A DNA stretch of 28,540 nt from a virus. Lineage: Duplodnaviria > Caudoviricetes. The notes under the pieces are model-generated. The model did not search any database, was not told the origin of the DNA, and saw only the letters and a list, made by a program, of their open reading frames with translations. This document shows positions 17,629-25,801 of this stretch, piece after piece; position 1 is the stretch's first letter; every line of letters starts with the position of its first letter. The stretch covers positions 1 to 28,540 of the IMG/VR virus record IMGVR_UViG_3300020044_005708. One strand, written 5' to 3'. The translations under genes and the position numbers were made by a program.

Positions 17629-18960
17629 ATGAAGTTATTCGGTTTTAACATAGGCAAATCACAAAACGTTGAAGTTGTCGAAACAGGTTACCAAAGTTTT
17701 AGCACACCATTTATGCGTGTAGGTAGTGGCAACTTGTCCTTACCTTACGTGAATGGTCGCCAACAAACAAACGGTTACATTCGTTTTGGTGACGATAACC
17801 TTTACCCTCAGCTAATTAACCAACTTTACTACACAAGTCCGCTTCACGCGTCAATAGTTGACTTTAAAACGAACGCGGTAACGGGTGGCGGTTATGAATT
17901 GGCAATCGAAAAGGATGCAACTGCTACGGAAAAAGTCGAAGTATACGCAATTGACAAGCGTTTGAACTTTAAAAAGACGATTCCTTCAGTAACTAAAGAT
18001 GTTATTTTACATAACCGAGTGTACTTTCACTTGCATTTTAACGCAATTGGTGACCTTGTTAAGGCAAATCGTATAGGACCTGAAAAGGTAAGGCGTTCAA
18101 AAGACGGAACTGAATACTTTTTGTGTGAAGATTGGAGTTCGTTAATAGATGTTAAAACAATTAAACCTTACAAATACGGGACTAAGGAGCGCGAATGTCT
18201 ATACGTGTGGGAAAACCATTCAGTTGGTCAAGACATTTACCCGTTACCAAGCTATACGAGTGCGTTTAACTGGGCGTTTTTAGATGGCGAAATGTCATAC
18301 TTACAAAAGTCGAACATATTAAATAGTATTTTTCCGTCGTTTGCAATGATGTTTCCAAAGAAGCCACAAACTGAAGAAGAAAAATGGTCAATTAAACAAA
18401 CAATTGAAAAGGCAAAGGGAGCGCACAACGCTGGGAAAGCTATTGCGTTCTTCGCTAACAACCAAGAGAGCCTTCCAAAGATTGAAGCAATACCAACTAA
18501 TTCAAATGACAACTTGTTTCAAGTTACAACCGAGTCCATCGATTCAAAGATTTGTCAAGCGCACACAATTGACCCTATATTGATGGGTATTCGTGTAAGT
18601 GGCAAACTTGGTTCGGGTTCTGACATTAAACAAGCCTACGTAATATTTGAAAAGAATACTATTATTCCTTTGCGTGACACAATCGAAAGTATATTTAACG
18701 ACATTTTAAGAATTGGAAAAGTTAAGGCGAGTTTGACTTTAAACAATTTCCAAATTATAAACGAAACTATTGTTGAACTTGAGGGACAAGGTTCGCAAAC
18801 AACAGACGCTTTGAACGCAATGAGTCCACTTGTCGCGACAAAGGTACTTGAGTCAATGACTGAAAACGAAATTCGCGCACTTGCAAGTTTACCACCAATT
18901 GAAGGTGGTGACTTAACTAAACAACAAGTTATTCAACAAACAACACCCCCAGCGATATGA
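17629..18960 (+). CDS. Portal protein
   Basis: 443 aa. FGDDNLYPQLINQLYYTSPLHASIV, YPLPSY, NSIFPS, GAHNAGK, ICQAHTIDPILMGI and MTENEIRALASLPPIEGGD (HK97-type portal C-terminal signature). Confidence 0.9.
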   Translation: MKLFGFNIGKSQNVEVVETGYQSFSTPFMRVGSGNLSLPYVNGRQQTNGYIRFGDDNLYPQLINQLYYTSPLHASIVDFKTNAVTGGGYELAIEKDATATEKVEVYAIDKRLNFKKTIPSVTKDVILHNRVYFHLHFNAIGDLVKANRIGPEKVRRSKDGTEYFLCEDWSSLIDVKTIKPYKYGTKERECLYVWENHSVGQDIYPLPSYTSAFNWAFLDGEMSYLQKSNILNSIFPSFAMMFPKKPQTEEEKWSIKQTIEKAKGAHNAGKAIAFFANNQESLPKIEAIPTNSNDNLFQVTTESIDSKICQAHTIDPILMGIRVSGKLGSGSDIKQAYVIFEKNTIIPLRDTIESIFNDILRIGKVKASLTLNNFQIINETIVELEGQGSQTTDALNAMSPLVATKVLESMTENEIRALASLPPIEGGDLTKQQVIQQTTPPAI

Positions 18961-19466
18961 TTTTTTTTGTGACTGAAAACTATTTAAAAACGCAAACACC
19001 GATAACGGCGAACGTGGATGTAAACGATGTGACACCATTCATTCGAACTCAATCCGATATGCGTGTACAACCTATATTAGGAACGTACTTTTACAAGTAT
19101 ATGTTAACGGGGTATAACGCGCAAACGCTGAACAACGATGAAGAAACACTTGTGACTTATATTCAACCCGTAGTTGCGTGGCGAAGTGCTGAAGACGCGG
19201 TATTTGGACTTAGTTACCAGCTTAAAAACAAAGGTCTTCAAATGCAAAACGGCGACTACTCAACGTCGGTGACAAAAGAAGAAGTGAACTTCGCCCAAGA
19301 CCACTATGCTCAAAAGGCTTCATTTTACGAAGCACGTTTATTTAAGTTTTTAAAGGATAATAAAGACCTATACCCTGAATTTATTTCGGAACTTAACAAA
19401 GACTCAGACATTCGACCAACACGCGTACAAGATAACGGCTATACTGATTCTATTTTAATTATATGA
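18957..19466 (+). CDS. Head-tail adaptor / connector protein
   Basis: LKTQTPITANVD...QDMRVQPILGT-like pattern, helical, directly after the portal gene. Confidence 0.6.
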   Translation: MIFFVTENYLKTQTPITANVDVNDVTPFIRTQSDMRVQPILGTYFYKYMLTGYNAQTLNNDEETLVTYIQPVVAWRSAEDAVFGLSYQLKNKGLQMQNGDYSTSVTKEEVNFAQDHYAQKASFYEARLFKFLKDNKDLYPEFISELNKDSDIRPTRVQDNGYTDSILII

Positions 19467-19888
19467 AGACCTATCTAACCACTATACTCAAAACTTTATT
19501 GCTATTTTTTGCACCCGTCAAAGGAATTGTTATTCTTGTTATTGTCGCTATTCTATTAGACACGTGTTTCGGTCTTTGGAAAGCCAAAAAAACGGGCGTT
19601 GAAATACTAAGTAAAAGACTTCGACACGGATTCGTTCCGAAACTTATAAGTTACATTGCTTGTGTGTGTTTAACTTACGCTGCGGACTTCTTTATTCTTA
19701 ACGACCTTACGCAAATGGTTGTTAGTGTTGACTACCTTTCAACTAAATTAATAGGTTTAATTCTATTAAGCATTGAAGTCAAGTCAATGGATGAATCGTT
19801 CCTGGCGGTTAAAGGTTATTCGTTTTTAAATAAAATTATTGGTTTAATTCACAAAGCAAAGAACGTTAAAAAACAACTTCAGGAATGA
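19463..19888 (+). CDS. Holin
   Basis: About three hydrophobic segments, LLDTCFGLWKAKK...SKRLRHG..PKL, IEVKSMDE and a basic C-terminus. First gene of the lysis cassette. Confidence 0.8.
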   Translation: MKTYLTTILKTLLLFFAPVKGIVILVIVAILLDTCFGLWKAKKTGVEILSKRLRHGFVPKLISYIACVCLTYAADFFILNDLTQMVVSVDYLSTKLIGLILLSIEVKSMDESFLAVKGYSFLNKIIGLIHKAKNVKKQLQE

Positions 19889-20322
19889 AAGTAAACTGGC
19901 TTCAATTAATTAGTCTTGTTCTGAGTTTCATTGTGGCTTTCATTTTGCTTTTATGTATTTCAAGTTGTTCAGCAAAGTGGCACTACGAAAAGGCGTTAAA
20001 AAAAGGAATGCGGTGCGAAACAACTTCAGACACTATTCGAATAAGGTCAATTGATTCGTTAATTATAAACGGCGAAAAGACGTATTTCTATACAACTAAA
20101 GACACAATAATTCACTTTAACACGGTGTACGTACCAAAAACAAGGTGGCAAACACGCATTGAATACCGATATAAAACACGAATCCAAAAGCAATACATTA
20201 AACAACAAGCGAAAGTCAAGAAAGCTGAAGCGAAAGAAAGTGGTTTTAATTCACCTTTGAAGTTGTTGGTTGTGGTTGCTGGATTGATTGCATTAATTTA
20301 CCTATTTTTTAAATGGAAATGA
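19885..20322 (+). CDS. Putative unimolecular spanin (lipoprotein with a C-terminal TM helix)
   Basis: Hydrophobic signal ending in a lipobox-like ISSC, a periplasmic beta-rich part, and a C-terminal TM (LLVVVAGLIALIYLFF-KWK). Lies between holin and endolysin. Confidence 0.6.
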   Translation: MKVNWLQLISLVLSFIVAFILLLCISSCSAKWHYEKALKKGMRCETTSDTIRIRSIDSLIINGEKTYFYTTKDTIIHFNTVYVPKTRWQTRIEYRYKTRIQKQYIKQQAKVKKAEAKESGFNSPLKLLVVVAGLIALIYLFFKWK

Positions 20323-20762
20323 AGTTAAGCGAACACGTAACCCGACAAGAATTTGAACGCTCAGACACGGCGACAAAATTCGGAATTAGCAATGCAATGA
20401 ATGAAGCACAATTGAAGTCTGCGAAAGCACTTTGTGAAAACGTCTTTGAACCAATACGTAAACACGTCGGTAAACCAATTAGAATAAACTCAGGATTCAG
20501 AAGCCAAGCGTTGAATAAGCGAATCGGTGGTGCAAGTTCCAGTCAGCATTCAAAAGGTGAAGCGATGGACTTAGACTTGACAAGTCGCGAGTTGTTTGTT
20601 TGGATTTTAAACAACGTTGAATTTGACCAAGCAATTTACGAGTTTGGTGACGACAATAACGCGGCGTGGTTTCACTTAAGTTACCGTAGTGGGAACAACC
20701 GCAAACAAGCGTTAAAGGCTATTAAGGTGTCGGGTGGCACTCAGTACATTCCTTTTAAATAA
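20313..20762 (+). CDS. Endolysin, peptidase M15A family
   Basis: INSGFRS..LN..IGGASSSQHSKGEAMD...WFHLSY carries the His/Asp/His zinc ligands. The start may be 20319. Confidence 0.9.
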   Translation: MEMKLSEHVTRQEFERSDTATKFGISNAMNEAQLKSAKALCENVFEPIRKHVGKPIRINSGFRSQALNKRIGGASSSQHSKGEAMDLDLTSRELFVWILNNVEFDQAIYEFGDDNNAAWFHLSYRSGNNRKQALKAIKVSGGTQYIPFK

Positions 20763-20765
20763 TTT

Positions 20766-21548
20766 ATGCGCAAACGTATATTTTTCGACATTGAGGTTAG
20801 CCCTAATGTTATGTTGTCTTGGCGAAGTGGCTACAAACTTTCGCTTGGTCCTGAAAACATTTTAAAAGAACGTGCAATAATTTGCATCTGTTGGAAGTGG
20901 GAAGGAAAAGACGAAATTCACTCTTTAACGTGGGACAAAAAGCAATGTGACAAAGCAATGTTAAAAACCTTTATTAAGGAGTTGAACAAAGCCGACGAAA
21001 TTTGTGGTCACAATTCAGACCGTTTCGACGTTAAATGGCTTCGTACACGGTGTTTATTTCACGGCATTAATGTTTTCCCTCGTTACCAGTCTTTAGACAC
21101 GCTTAAAATGGCTAAAAGTGGCTTCTTATTTAACTCAAATAAACTTGACTATATTGCACAATTCTTAGAGGTTGGAAAGAAGACCGAAACTGGAGGCTTT
21201 GACTTATGGAAAAAAATAGTTTTAGACAAGGATTCCGAAGCGTTGCAACTAATGGTTGACTATTGTAAAAACGACGTGACTATATTGGAAGGTGTTTACC
21301 AAAAATTAGAACCTTACGTTGAACACAAATTCAATTACGCGACGTTACACGGTGAAGAAAAGTATTGTTGCCCACAATGCGGGTCTTACGAGATTAAATT
21401 GAGAAAAACCTATACAACTAAAATGGGGACAATGCGTCATTCAATGGGTTGTAGTAATAAATTACACCCAGCGTACACAATTTCGAACAAAACATATATG
21501 ACATTCCTTCAGGATTCAATTAGAAATAACAAAAAAGTAGTACTTTAG
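20766..21548 (+). CDS. DnaQ/RNase H-like (YprB / RNase_H_2) 3'-5' exonuclease with a C-terminal Zn ribbon
   Basis: FFDIE, GHNSDRFD, DTLK, NKLDYIAQFL, YCKNDV and CPQCGS. Confidence 0.85.
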   Translation: MRKRIFFDIEVSPNVMLSWRSGYKLSLGPENILKERAIICICWKWEGKDEIHSLTWDKKQCDKAMLKTFIKELNKADEICGHNSDRFDVKWLRTRCLFHGINVFPRYQSLDTLKMAKSGFLFNSNKLDYIAQFLEVGKKTETGGFDLWKKIVLDKDSEALQLMVDYCKNDVTILEGVYQKLEPYVEHKFNYATLHGEEKYCCPQCGSYEIKLRKTYTTKMGTMRHSMGCSNKLHPAYTISNKTYMTFLQDSIRNNKKVVL

Positions 21549-21587
21549 TACTGTTTTCCTTTACATAAGAATCGGTTAGGTGTTTAC

Positions 21588-21622
21588 AAGAGGGTGTGAC
21601 TTAGGTTGCACCCTTTCTTTTT
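21588..21622 (+). terminator. Rho-independent terminator closing the late region
   Basis: AGGGTGTGAC-ttag-GTTGCACCCT-TTCTTTTT. Confidence 0.85.
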
Positions 21623-21703
21623 GTTTATTGAAATATTCAAAACCCTTAATTTTGGTGTATTTCGCTTAATAAAATAAGCAGATGAAAAAAAATAATTAAA
21701 TTT

Positions 21704-21736
21704 TTTGAACAACTTAAAAAAAGTTTTATACATTTG
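21704..21736 (+). promoter_or_regulatory. Bacteroidota consensus promoter (-33 TTTG / -7 TAnnTTTG), probable major early promoter
   Basis: TTTG (21704-21707), 21 nt, TACATTTG (21729-21736), in the largest AT-rich intergenic region. Confidence 0.85.
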
Positions 21737-21763
21737 TAGGGTAAACATTAAAACAAAGTAAAG

Positions 21764-21868
21764 ATGAAACAATTTATTCCTTCGACCAAACAACAAAAAG
21801 ACGTTGCTTTCGGTCTTGCGTGTTGCGCAGTAATCATTTTATCAATCATTTATTTAGCGACGATATGA
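21764..21868 (+). CDS. Small single-TM early protein (34 aa, not in the ORF track)
   Basis: MKQFIPSTKQQKDVAFGLACCAVIILSIIYLATI. First ATG after the early promoter, with an ATGA overlap with 21865. Confidence 0.65.
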   Translation: MKQFIPSTKQQKDVAFGLACCAVIILSIIYLATI

Positions 21869-22083
21869 ACACTTTAGAAATTAAGAACTTGCACGAACGT
21901 GCGGAATGCTTACTTACTTTAGTTAAGCATATGGAAAATAGAATTGAGTCACTTAAGTACGTGGATTCATTAATGGACTGGACAAAACCAAGTGACGACA
22001 AAATTGACACTTGCGAACGTGGTAAAAAACGATTGATTGAAAGTTACAAACGAGTATTAACCCAAATAATTGAAAGTATATGA
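21865..22083 (+). CDS. Hypothetical early protein
   Basis: Start reassigned from 21820 to ATG 21865 (MNTLEIKNL). ATGA overlaps at both ends. Confidence 0.65.
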   Translation: MNTLEIKNLHERAECLLTLVKHMENRIESLKYVDSLMDWTKPSDDKIDTCERGKKRLIESYKRVLTQIIESI

Positions 22084-22304
22084 AAACACCGTTAAATTTG
22101 TTCATTGAAAAATTAGATGAAATTGTAAGTATGAAAATTACTGATATTGATGCCTTTTCTAAAATAGTTAGAGATACGAAAAATTATGAAAGACAATGTA
22201 TTGAAAACGCTTTTGAAGATGGAATGAGTAAAGTTCTTGAAAAATTAGATGTTTCAATTGATAGTATTTGGTTGCACAATTACTTTAATCAAAATTTTGA
22301 ATAA
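22080..22304 (+). CDS. Hypothetical early protein
   Basis: MKTPL...ERQCIENAFEDG...NYFNQNFE, resembling 22552..22758. Confidence 0.65.
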   Translation: MKTPLNLFIEKLDEIVSMKITDIDAFSKIVRDTKNYERQCIENAFEDGMSKVLEKLDVSIDSIWLHNYFNQNFE

Positions 22305-22555
22305 TGAAAGCACCGCACCAATTTATGTCAGAGCAAATAATCGGTTTAAACTTTAATCACGGAATTGATTTTCCTTTAGACGAAGATTACGAACGTTCAT
22401 ACGATATTATTCTAAACGACACGCTAATGGAAGAACAAACGATGTTAATGAAGTTTGCTGGGTACTTAACAAAACAAGGGTTAATTGAAAAGCTGGACTT
22501 TGAAGAACTTGAGAATTTAACATTTGATTTTTACAACGAAACTTACGAGAAATGA
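22304..22555 (+). CDS. Hypothetical early protein
   Basis: TAATG coupling; ends in DFYNETYEK. Confidence 0.65.
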   Translation: MKAPHQFMSEQIIGLNFNHGIDFPLDEDYERSYDIILNDTLMEEQTMLMKFAGYLTKQGLIEKLDFEELENLTFDFYNETYEK

Positions 22556-22758
22556 AACAGACAGCAGTAGAGTGGCTTGAAGAAATGATGAATGTTAACG
22601 GTAATATATCAGTTTATTTTCAAGAAATACTTGACCAAGCCAAAGCAATGGAGAAGGAGCAGATAATAAAAGCTGCATCTTGGACGCCAGAAGATGGTGT
22701 TAGTATTTTATCAGAATTGACAGAACAATACTACAACGAAACCTTTAAATCAGAATAA
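22552..22758 (+). CDS. Hypothetical early protein (KQTAVEWL...YYNETF type)
   Basis: MKQTAVEWL...QAKAMEKEQIIKA...EQYYNETFKSE. Confidence 0.7.
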   Translation: MKQTAVEWLEEMMNVNGNISVYFQEILDQAKAMEKEQIIKAASWTPEDGVSILSELTEQYYNETFKSE

Positions 22759-22759
22759 G

Positions 22760-22984
22760 ATGAAAGCACAATTAACATTTAACTTGCCTGACGAACAAAA
22801 CGACTTCGATATGGCTATTGAAGGCTCAAAATGGTTTTTAGTTGTTTGGGAGTTTGACCAGCATTTAAGAAGCGAACTGAAGTACAACGTTGACCTGAAT
22901 GAGTCTCAATACCTATACGCGGAAAAACTACGTGAAAAGTTGCGTGAAATGGTTTACGACAACGGTTTGAACTTAGACAAATGA
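22760..22984 (+). CDS. Conserved hypothetical phage protein
   Basis: MKAQLTFNLPDEQNDFDMAIEGSKW...DQHLRSELKY. Confidence 0.7.
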   Translation: MKAQLTFNLPDEQNDFDMAIEGSKWFLVVWEFDQHLRSELKYNVDLNESQYLYAEKLREKLREMVYDNGLNLDK

Positions 22985-23064
22985 ATTACCCAAACTGGCT
23001 TCAGAAACTCGTATATTTTTTAGCGGGTGTTTCAATCGGATGGATGCTAAATTTATGTGTATAG
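22981..23064 (+). CDS. Small single-TM protein (27 aa, not in the ORF track)
   Basis: MNYPNWLQKLVYFLAGVSIGWMLNLCV, with an ATGA overlap with the upstream stop. Confidence 0.5.
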   Translation: MNYPNWLQKLVYFLAGVSIGWMLNLCV

Positions 23065-23097
23065 CATTAAAAAAAAGTAAAAATTTAAAGATATAGT

Positions 23098-23250
23098 ATG
23101 AAAAAACGAAAGCAAAAAGCAATTGAATTTACACACGGCGTTTGTGACGCGGTACGAAAGCAATTTTTTACAACTTACAATGTGGAATTAATGAACAGAA
23201 TTAGGCATATTAAATTAGAAGGGCAATGGTATACGAAAGGGGCGAAATAA
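23098..23250 (+). CDS. Small basic hypothetical protein (50 aa, not in the ORF track)
   Basis: MKKRKQKAIEFTHGVCDAVRKQFFTTYNVELMNRIRHIKLEGQWYTKGAK. It fills the gap and overlaps the 23226 start. Confidence 0.5.
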   Translation: MKKRKQKAIEFTHGVCDAVRKQFFTTYNVELMNRIRHIKLEGQWYTKGAK

Positions 23251-23639
23251 TACACCTTATTAACTGGAATAAGTTTGAAATGTCCGACTTTTACTACACT
23301 TGTCCGTACGACTTCAATGACCCAGCAAATAAAACACGGCTCCGTGAGGTTGTAATGTGGCGCAATGTAGGAATGGTTTGGGCGTGGCTTTCAGGAAGTA
23401 GTTTAAGTCAGTCAGGAAAATTGTTTCAACGTGACCATTCCACGGTTATTCACGCAATAAGACAATTTGTTGTCGCTTACGATGGCTACGGACACACGGA
23501 AATGATTCAAAATGTTGAGTCTATTAAAGAAAAAAGCAAAGAAGTGTGTGGAGTTGAGTTTGACGTGTGGACCAATTACGCAATCTGTCAAGTTAGGCTT
23601 GAAAATAATTTCGCAAAAAAGTTTTTAACAAAGAAATAA
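23226..23639 (+). CDS. Stand-alone DnaA C-terminal (domain IV-like) HTH protein
   Basis: REVVMWR...SLSQSGKLFQRDHSTVIHA matches the DnaA domain IV signature. No AAA+ domain is present. Confidence 0.75.
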   Translation: MVYERGEIIHLINWNKFEMSDFYYTCPYDFNDPANKTRLREVVMWRNVGMVWAWLSGSSLSQSGKLFQRDHSTVIHAIRQFVVAYDGYGHTEMIQNVESIKEKSKEVCGVEFDVWTNYAICQVRLENNFAKKFLTKK

Positions 23640-23672
23640 TTTATAATTTTAACCAAATAAATGTAAACACTT

Positions 23673-24212
23673 ATGGAAAACAAAGAACAATTCGAGGATT
23701 TAATCCCTAAGCCTTCAAGCATTTACTTCAAGTTATGGAAGGCAAAACAGAAAATCGGTAAGGTTAGCAAGAACGCTAAAAACCCCCATTTCAAAAACAA
23801 TTACGCGGACATTAACGCATTGATTGACGAAGTTGAGCCTATACTATTGGAGTTTGGTTTGCTTCTTATTCAACCAATTGACGAAGGTTTCGTAAAGACG
23901 GTTATTATTGATTGTGATTCAGGCGAGAATTTAAGTAGTTCAATGAAGTTGCCCGACATTCAAGACCCCCAAAAAATTGGTAGTGCCGTGACTTATTTTC
24001 GTCGTTATACCCTTCAGGCGTTGTGTTGTTTGCAATCAATAGACGACGACTCTAATTTAGCAGCTGAAGCCGTGCGAAATCAAAAGCCGTCAATTAGTGA
24101 CGAACGTTTTGACAAGGCTATTGAAGCAATCCAAAATGGAACTGCGAAACTTAGCGACTTAGACAAATTCAATTTAACAGAAACCCAACGAAAAGTAATT
24201 GCATTCCTATGA
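23673..24212 (+). CDS. erf: ERF-family single-strand annealing recombinase
   Basis: KNAKNPHFKNNYAD...GLLLIQ...DPQKIGSAVTYFRRYTL...DDD. Confidence 0.9.
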   Translation: MENKEQFEDLIPKPSSIYFKLWKAKQKIGKVSKNAKNPHFKNNYADINALIDEVEPILLEFGLLLIQPIDEGFVKTVIIDCDSGENLSSSMKLPDIQDPQKIGSAVTYFRRYTLQALCCLQSIDDDSNLAAEAVRNQKPSISDERFDKAIEAIQNGTAKLSDLDKFNLTETQRKVIAFL

Positions 24213-24880
24213 AAATACGTTGTTCAGCACTTGGAAAAATAATGACCAACCCCCGTTCAAAGGGGGAGGTCTTGTCTCAAACTTGTAAGTCCTATATTCA
24301 GGAACTTGCGCTTGAAGACATTTACGGAATTAAAAAGGAATTTAGTTCACGTTACACGGACAAAGGTAACGAAGTCGAAAACGAAAGCCTTGAGTTATGC
24401 GAAAGGGTTCTTGACTTAGGCTTCACACAAAAAAACGAAACATTTTTTGAGAATGAATTTATTAAAGGAACGCCAGACGCAATTGGTGACAAGTATGTAC
24501 TTGACGTGAAGTCAAGCTGGTCCGCTTCAACGTTCCCGTTTTTTGAAGAAGAAGTGCCGAACAAGGATTACTACTGGCAAATGCAAGGCTACCTTTGGCT
24601 TACTGACAAACGTTACGCAATTTTAAGCTATTGTTTAATCAATACACCTGAAGAAATTGTCAATGATGAAATTAGGCGAACGGCTTGGAAGAAGTTTGAA
24701 ATTGAACCCTCTGAAGAAACTATTCGAGACGTTAGAAGTGTTCATAATTTTGATAGTATACCTGAGAGTCGACGAGTGAAGACTTGGTTAATTGACCGCA
24801 AGGACTCTGACATTGAACTAATCAAACAACGCGTTGAGGAATGTCGCGCGTATTACAACGATTTAATTAATACGTTATGA
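24209..24880 (+). CDS. YqaJ / lambda-exonuclease-like protein
   Basis: IRCSALGKIM, KGNEVE, GTPD, LDVKSSW and YYWQMQGYLWLT. Coupled to erf. Confidence 0.85.
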   Translation: MKIRCSALGKIMTNPRSKGEVLSQTCKSYIQELALEDIYGIKKEFSSRYTDKGNEVENESLELCERVLDLGFTQKNETFFENEFIKGTPDAIGDKYVLDVKSSWSASTFPFFEEEVPNKDYYWQMQGYLWLTDKRYAILSYCLINTPEEIVNDEIRRTAWKKFEIEPSEETIRDVRSVHNFDSIPESRRVKTWLIDRKDSDIELIKQRVEECRAYYNDLINTL

Positions 24881-25335
24881 CACGCGAAGAACGTTGCCAG
24901 TTAGCCATTGAACGAGGTTATAAATATGACCCTGAAAGCGGATTGATTTACAATCGTTATGGAAAAATTGTAAACAGTAAATACAAAAATGGTTACATTC
25001 AGCTAGGTATTCAAATTCAATTACCATATAAAACGTTTAAATTGTCAGGTCATCAATTTGCTTGGTATTGGGTTTATAAAGAATGTGTTTCAGTGCTTGA
25101 CCATATTAATGGAATAAAAAACGATAATAGAATTTGTAATTTAAGGTCAGTTACTAATCAACAAAATCAATTTAATAGACCAAATGTTAAAGGATATTAT
25201 TGGCATAAAATTGCTAACAAATGGCACACACAAATAAAATTAAATAGAAAAATCATTCATTTAGGTTATTTTAACACCGAAGAACAAGCGCGTCAAGCCT
25301 ATTTAGACGCAAAACAAAAATTTCACGTAATTTAA
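24877..25335 (+). CDS. HNH homing endonuclease with an AP2-like DNA-binding domain
   Basis: LDHINGIKNDNRICNLR and KWHTQIKLNRKIIHLGYFNTEEQARQAY. Visibly more AT-rich than its neighbours. Confidence 0.9.
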   Translation: MTREERCQLAIERGYKYDPESGLIYNRYGKIVNSKYKNGYIQLGIQIQLPYKTFKLSGHQFAWYWVYKECVSVLDHINGIKNDNRICNLRSVTNQQNQFNRPNVKGYYWHKIANKWHTQIKLNRKIIHLGYFNTEEQARQAYLDAKQKFHVI

Positions 25336-25347
25336 AAACAAATAAAT

Positions 25348-25617
25348 ATGTCAGCAATAATTAATTTTAGCATTAAGAATAACGATGGTTCTTATTCAAA
25401 TTACACAATGAGCGTAAACGATACGCCCGACAAGTACGGTTACAATGCTTCAATCACTTTACCGCAAACAAAAGAAGAACGCGACGCAAAGAAACCGAAA
25501 AAATACGTTGGTAACGGGAAAGTTAACTGGACAAACGGACAAATAACTGCCGTTGAATATGTGCCAAAAAACACAAGTGACAAAATAAGAGAGCAAAACG
25601 ATGACTTACCATTCTAA
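25348..25617 (+). CDS. Probable single-stranded DNA-binding protein
   Basis: Short beta-rich protein with the SSB-type acidic tail DDLPF, in the recombination/replication module. Confidence 0.65.
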   Translation: MSAIINFSIKNNDGSYSNYTMSVNDTPDKYGYNASITLPQTKEERDAKKPKKYVGNGKVNWTNGQITAVEYVPKNTSDKIREQNDDLPF

Positions 25618-25801
25618 GCAATACAAAGTAAATTACTTTAGTGAAGGCAAACCGCGTTTTATGGTCATTTACGCACAAAGCGAATTAGACGCTATTAAAC
25701 GAGCCGACATTGAACCAAAATTGATTTATAATGTTATTGATTTCGACGTATGGTTGAAGCGGTGTGAACGCCCATTGCGCGAGTATTATAAAACACTTTA
25801 A
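25601..25801 (+). CDS. Hypothetical protein
   Basis: 66-aa ORF overlapping the end of the SSB-like gene. Confidence 0.55.
   Translation: MTYHSKQYKVNYFSEGKPRFMVIYAQSELDAIKRADIEPKLIYNVIDFDVWLKRCERPLREYYKTL

Noticed and set aside
19432-19465. CTATTTT-aattat-ATG before the holin as a seventh promoter
   Set aside because: The -10-like part fits, but the upstream element is AACGG at 11 nt. At best it is a weak variant, so it was not called.
21549-21763. tRNA or attP in the largest intergenic region
   Set aside because: No cloverleaf or T-loop motif. The region is explained by a terminator and the early promoter, and there is no integrase.
23620-23672. TAATTTTA before erf as a host promoter
   Set aside because: One mismatch to TAnnTTTG in very AT-rich DNA and no clear -33 box, so it is not distinguishable from chance.
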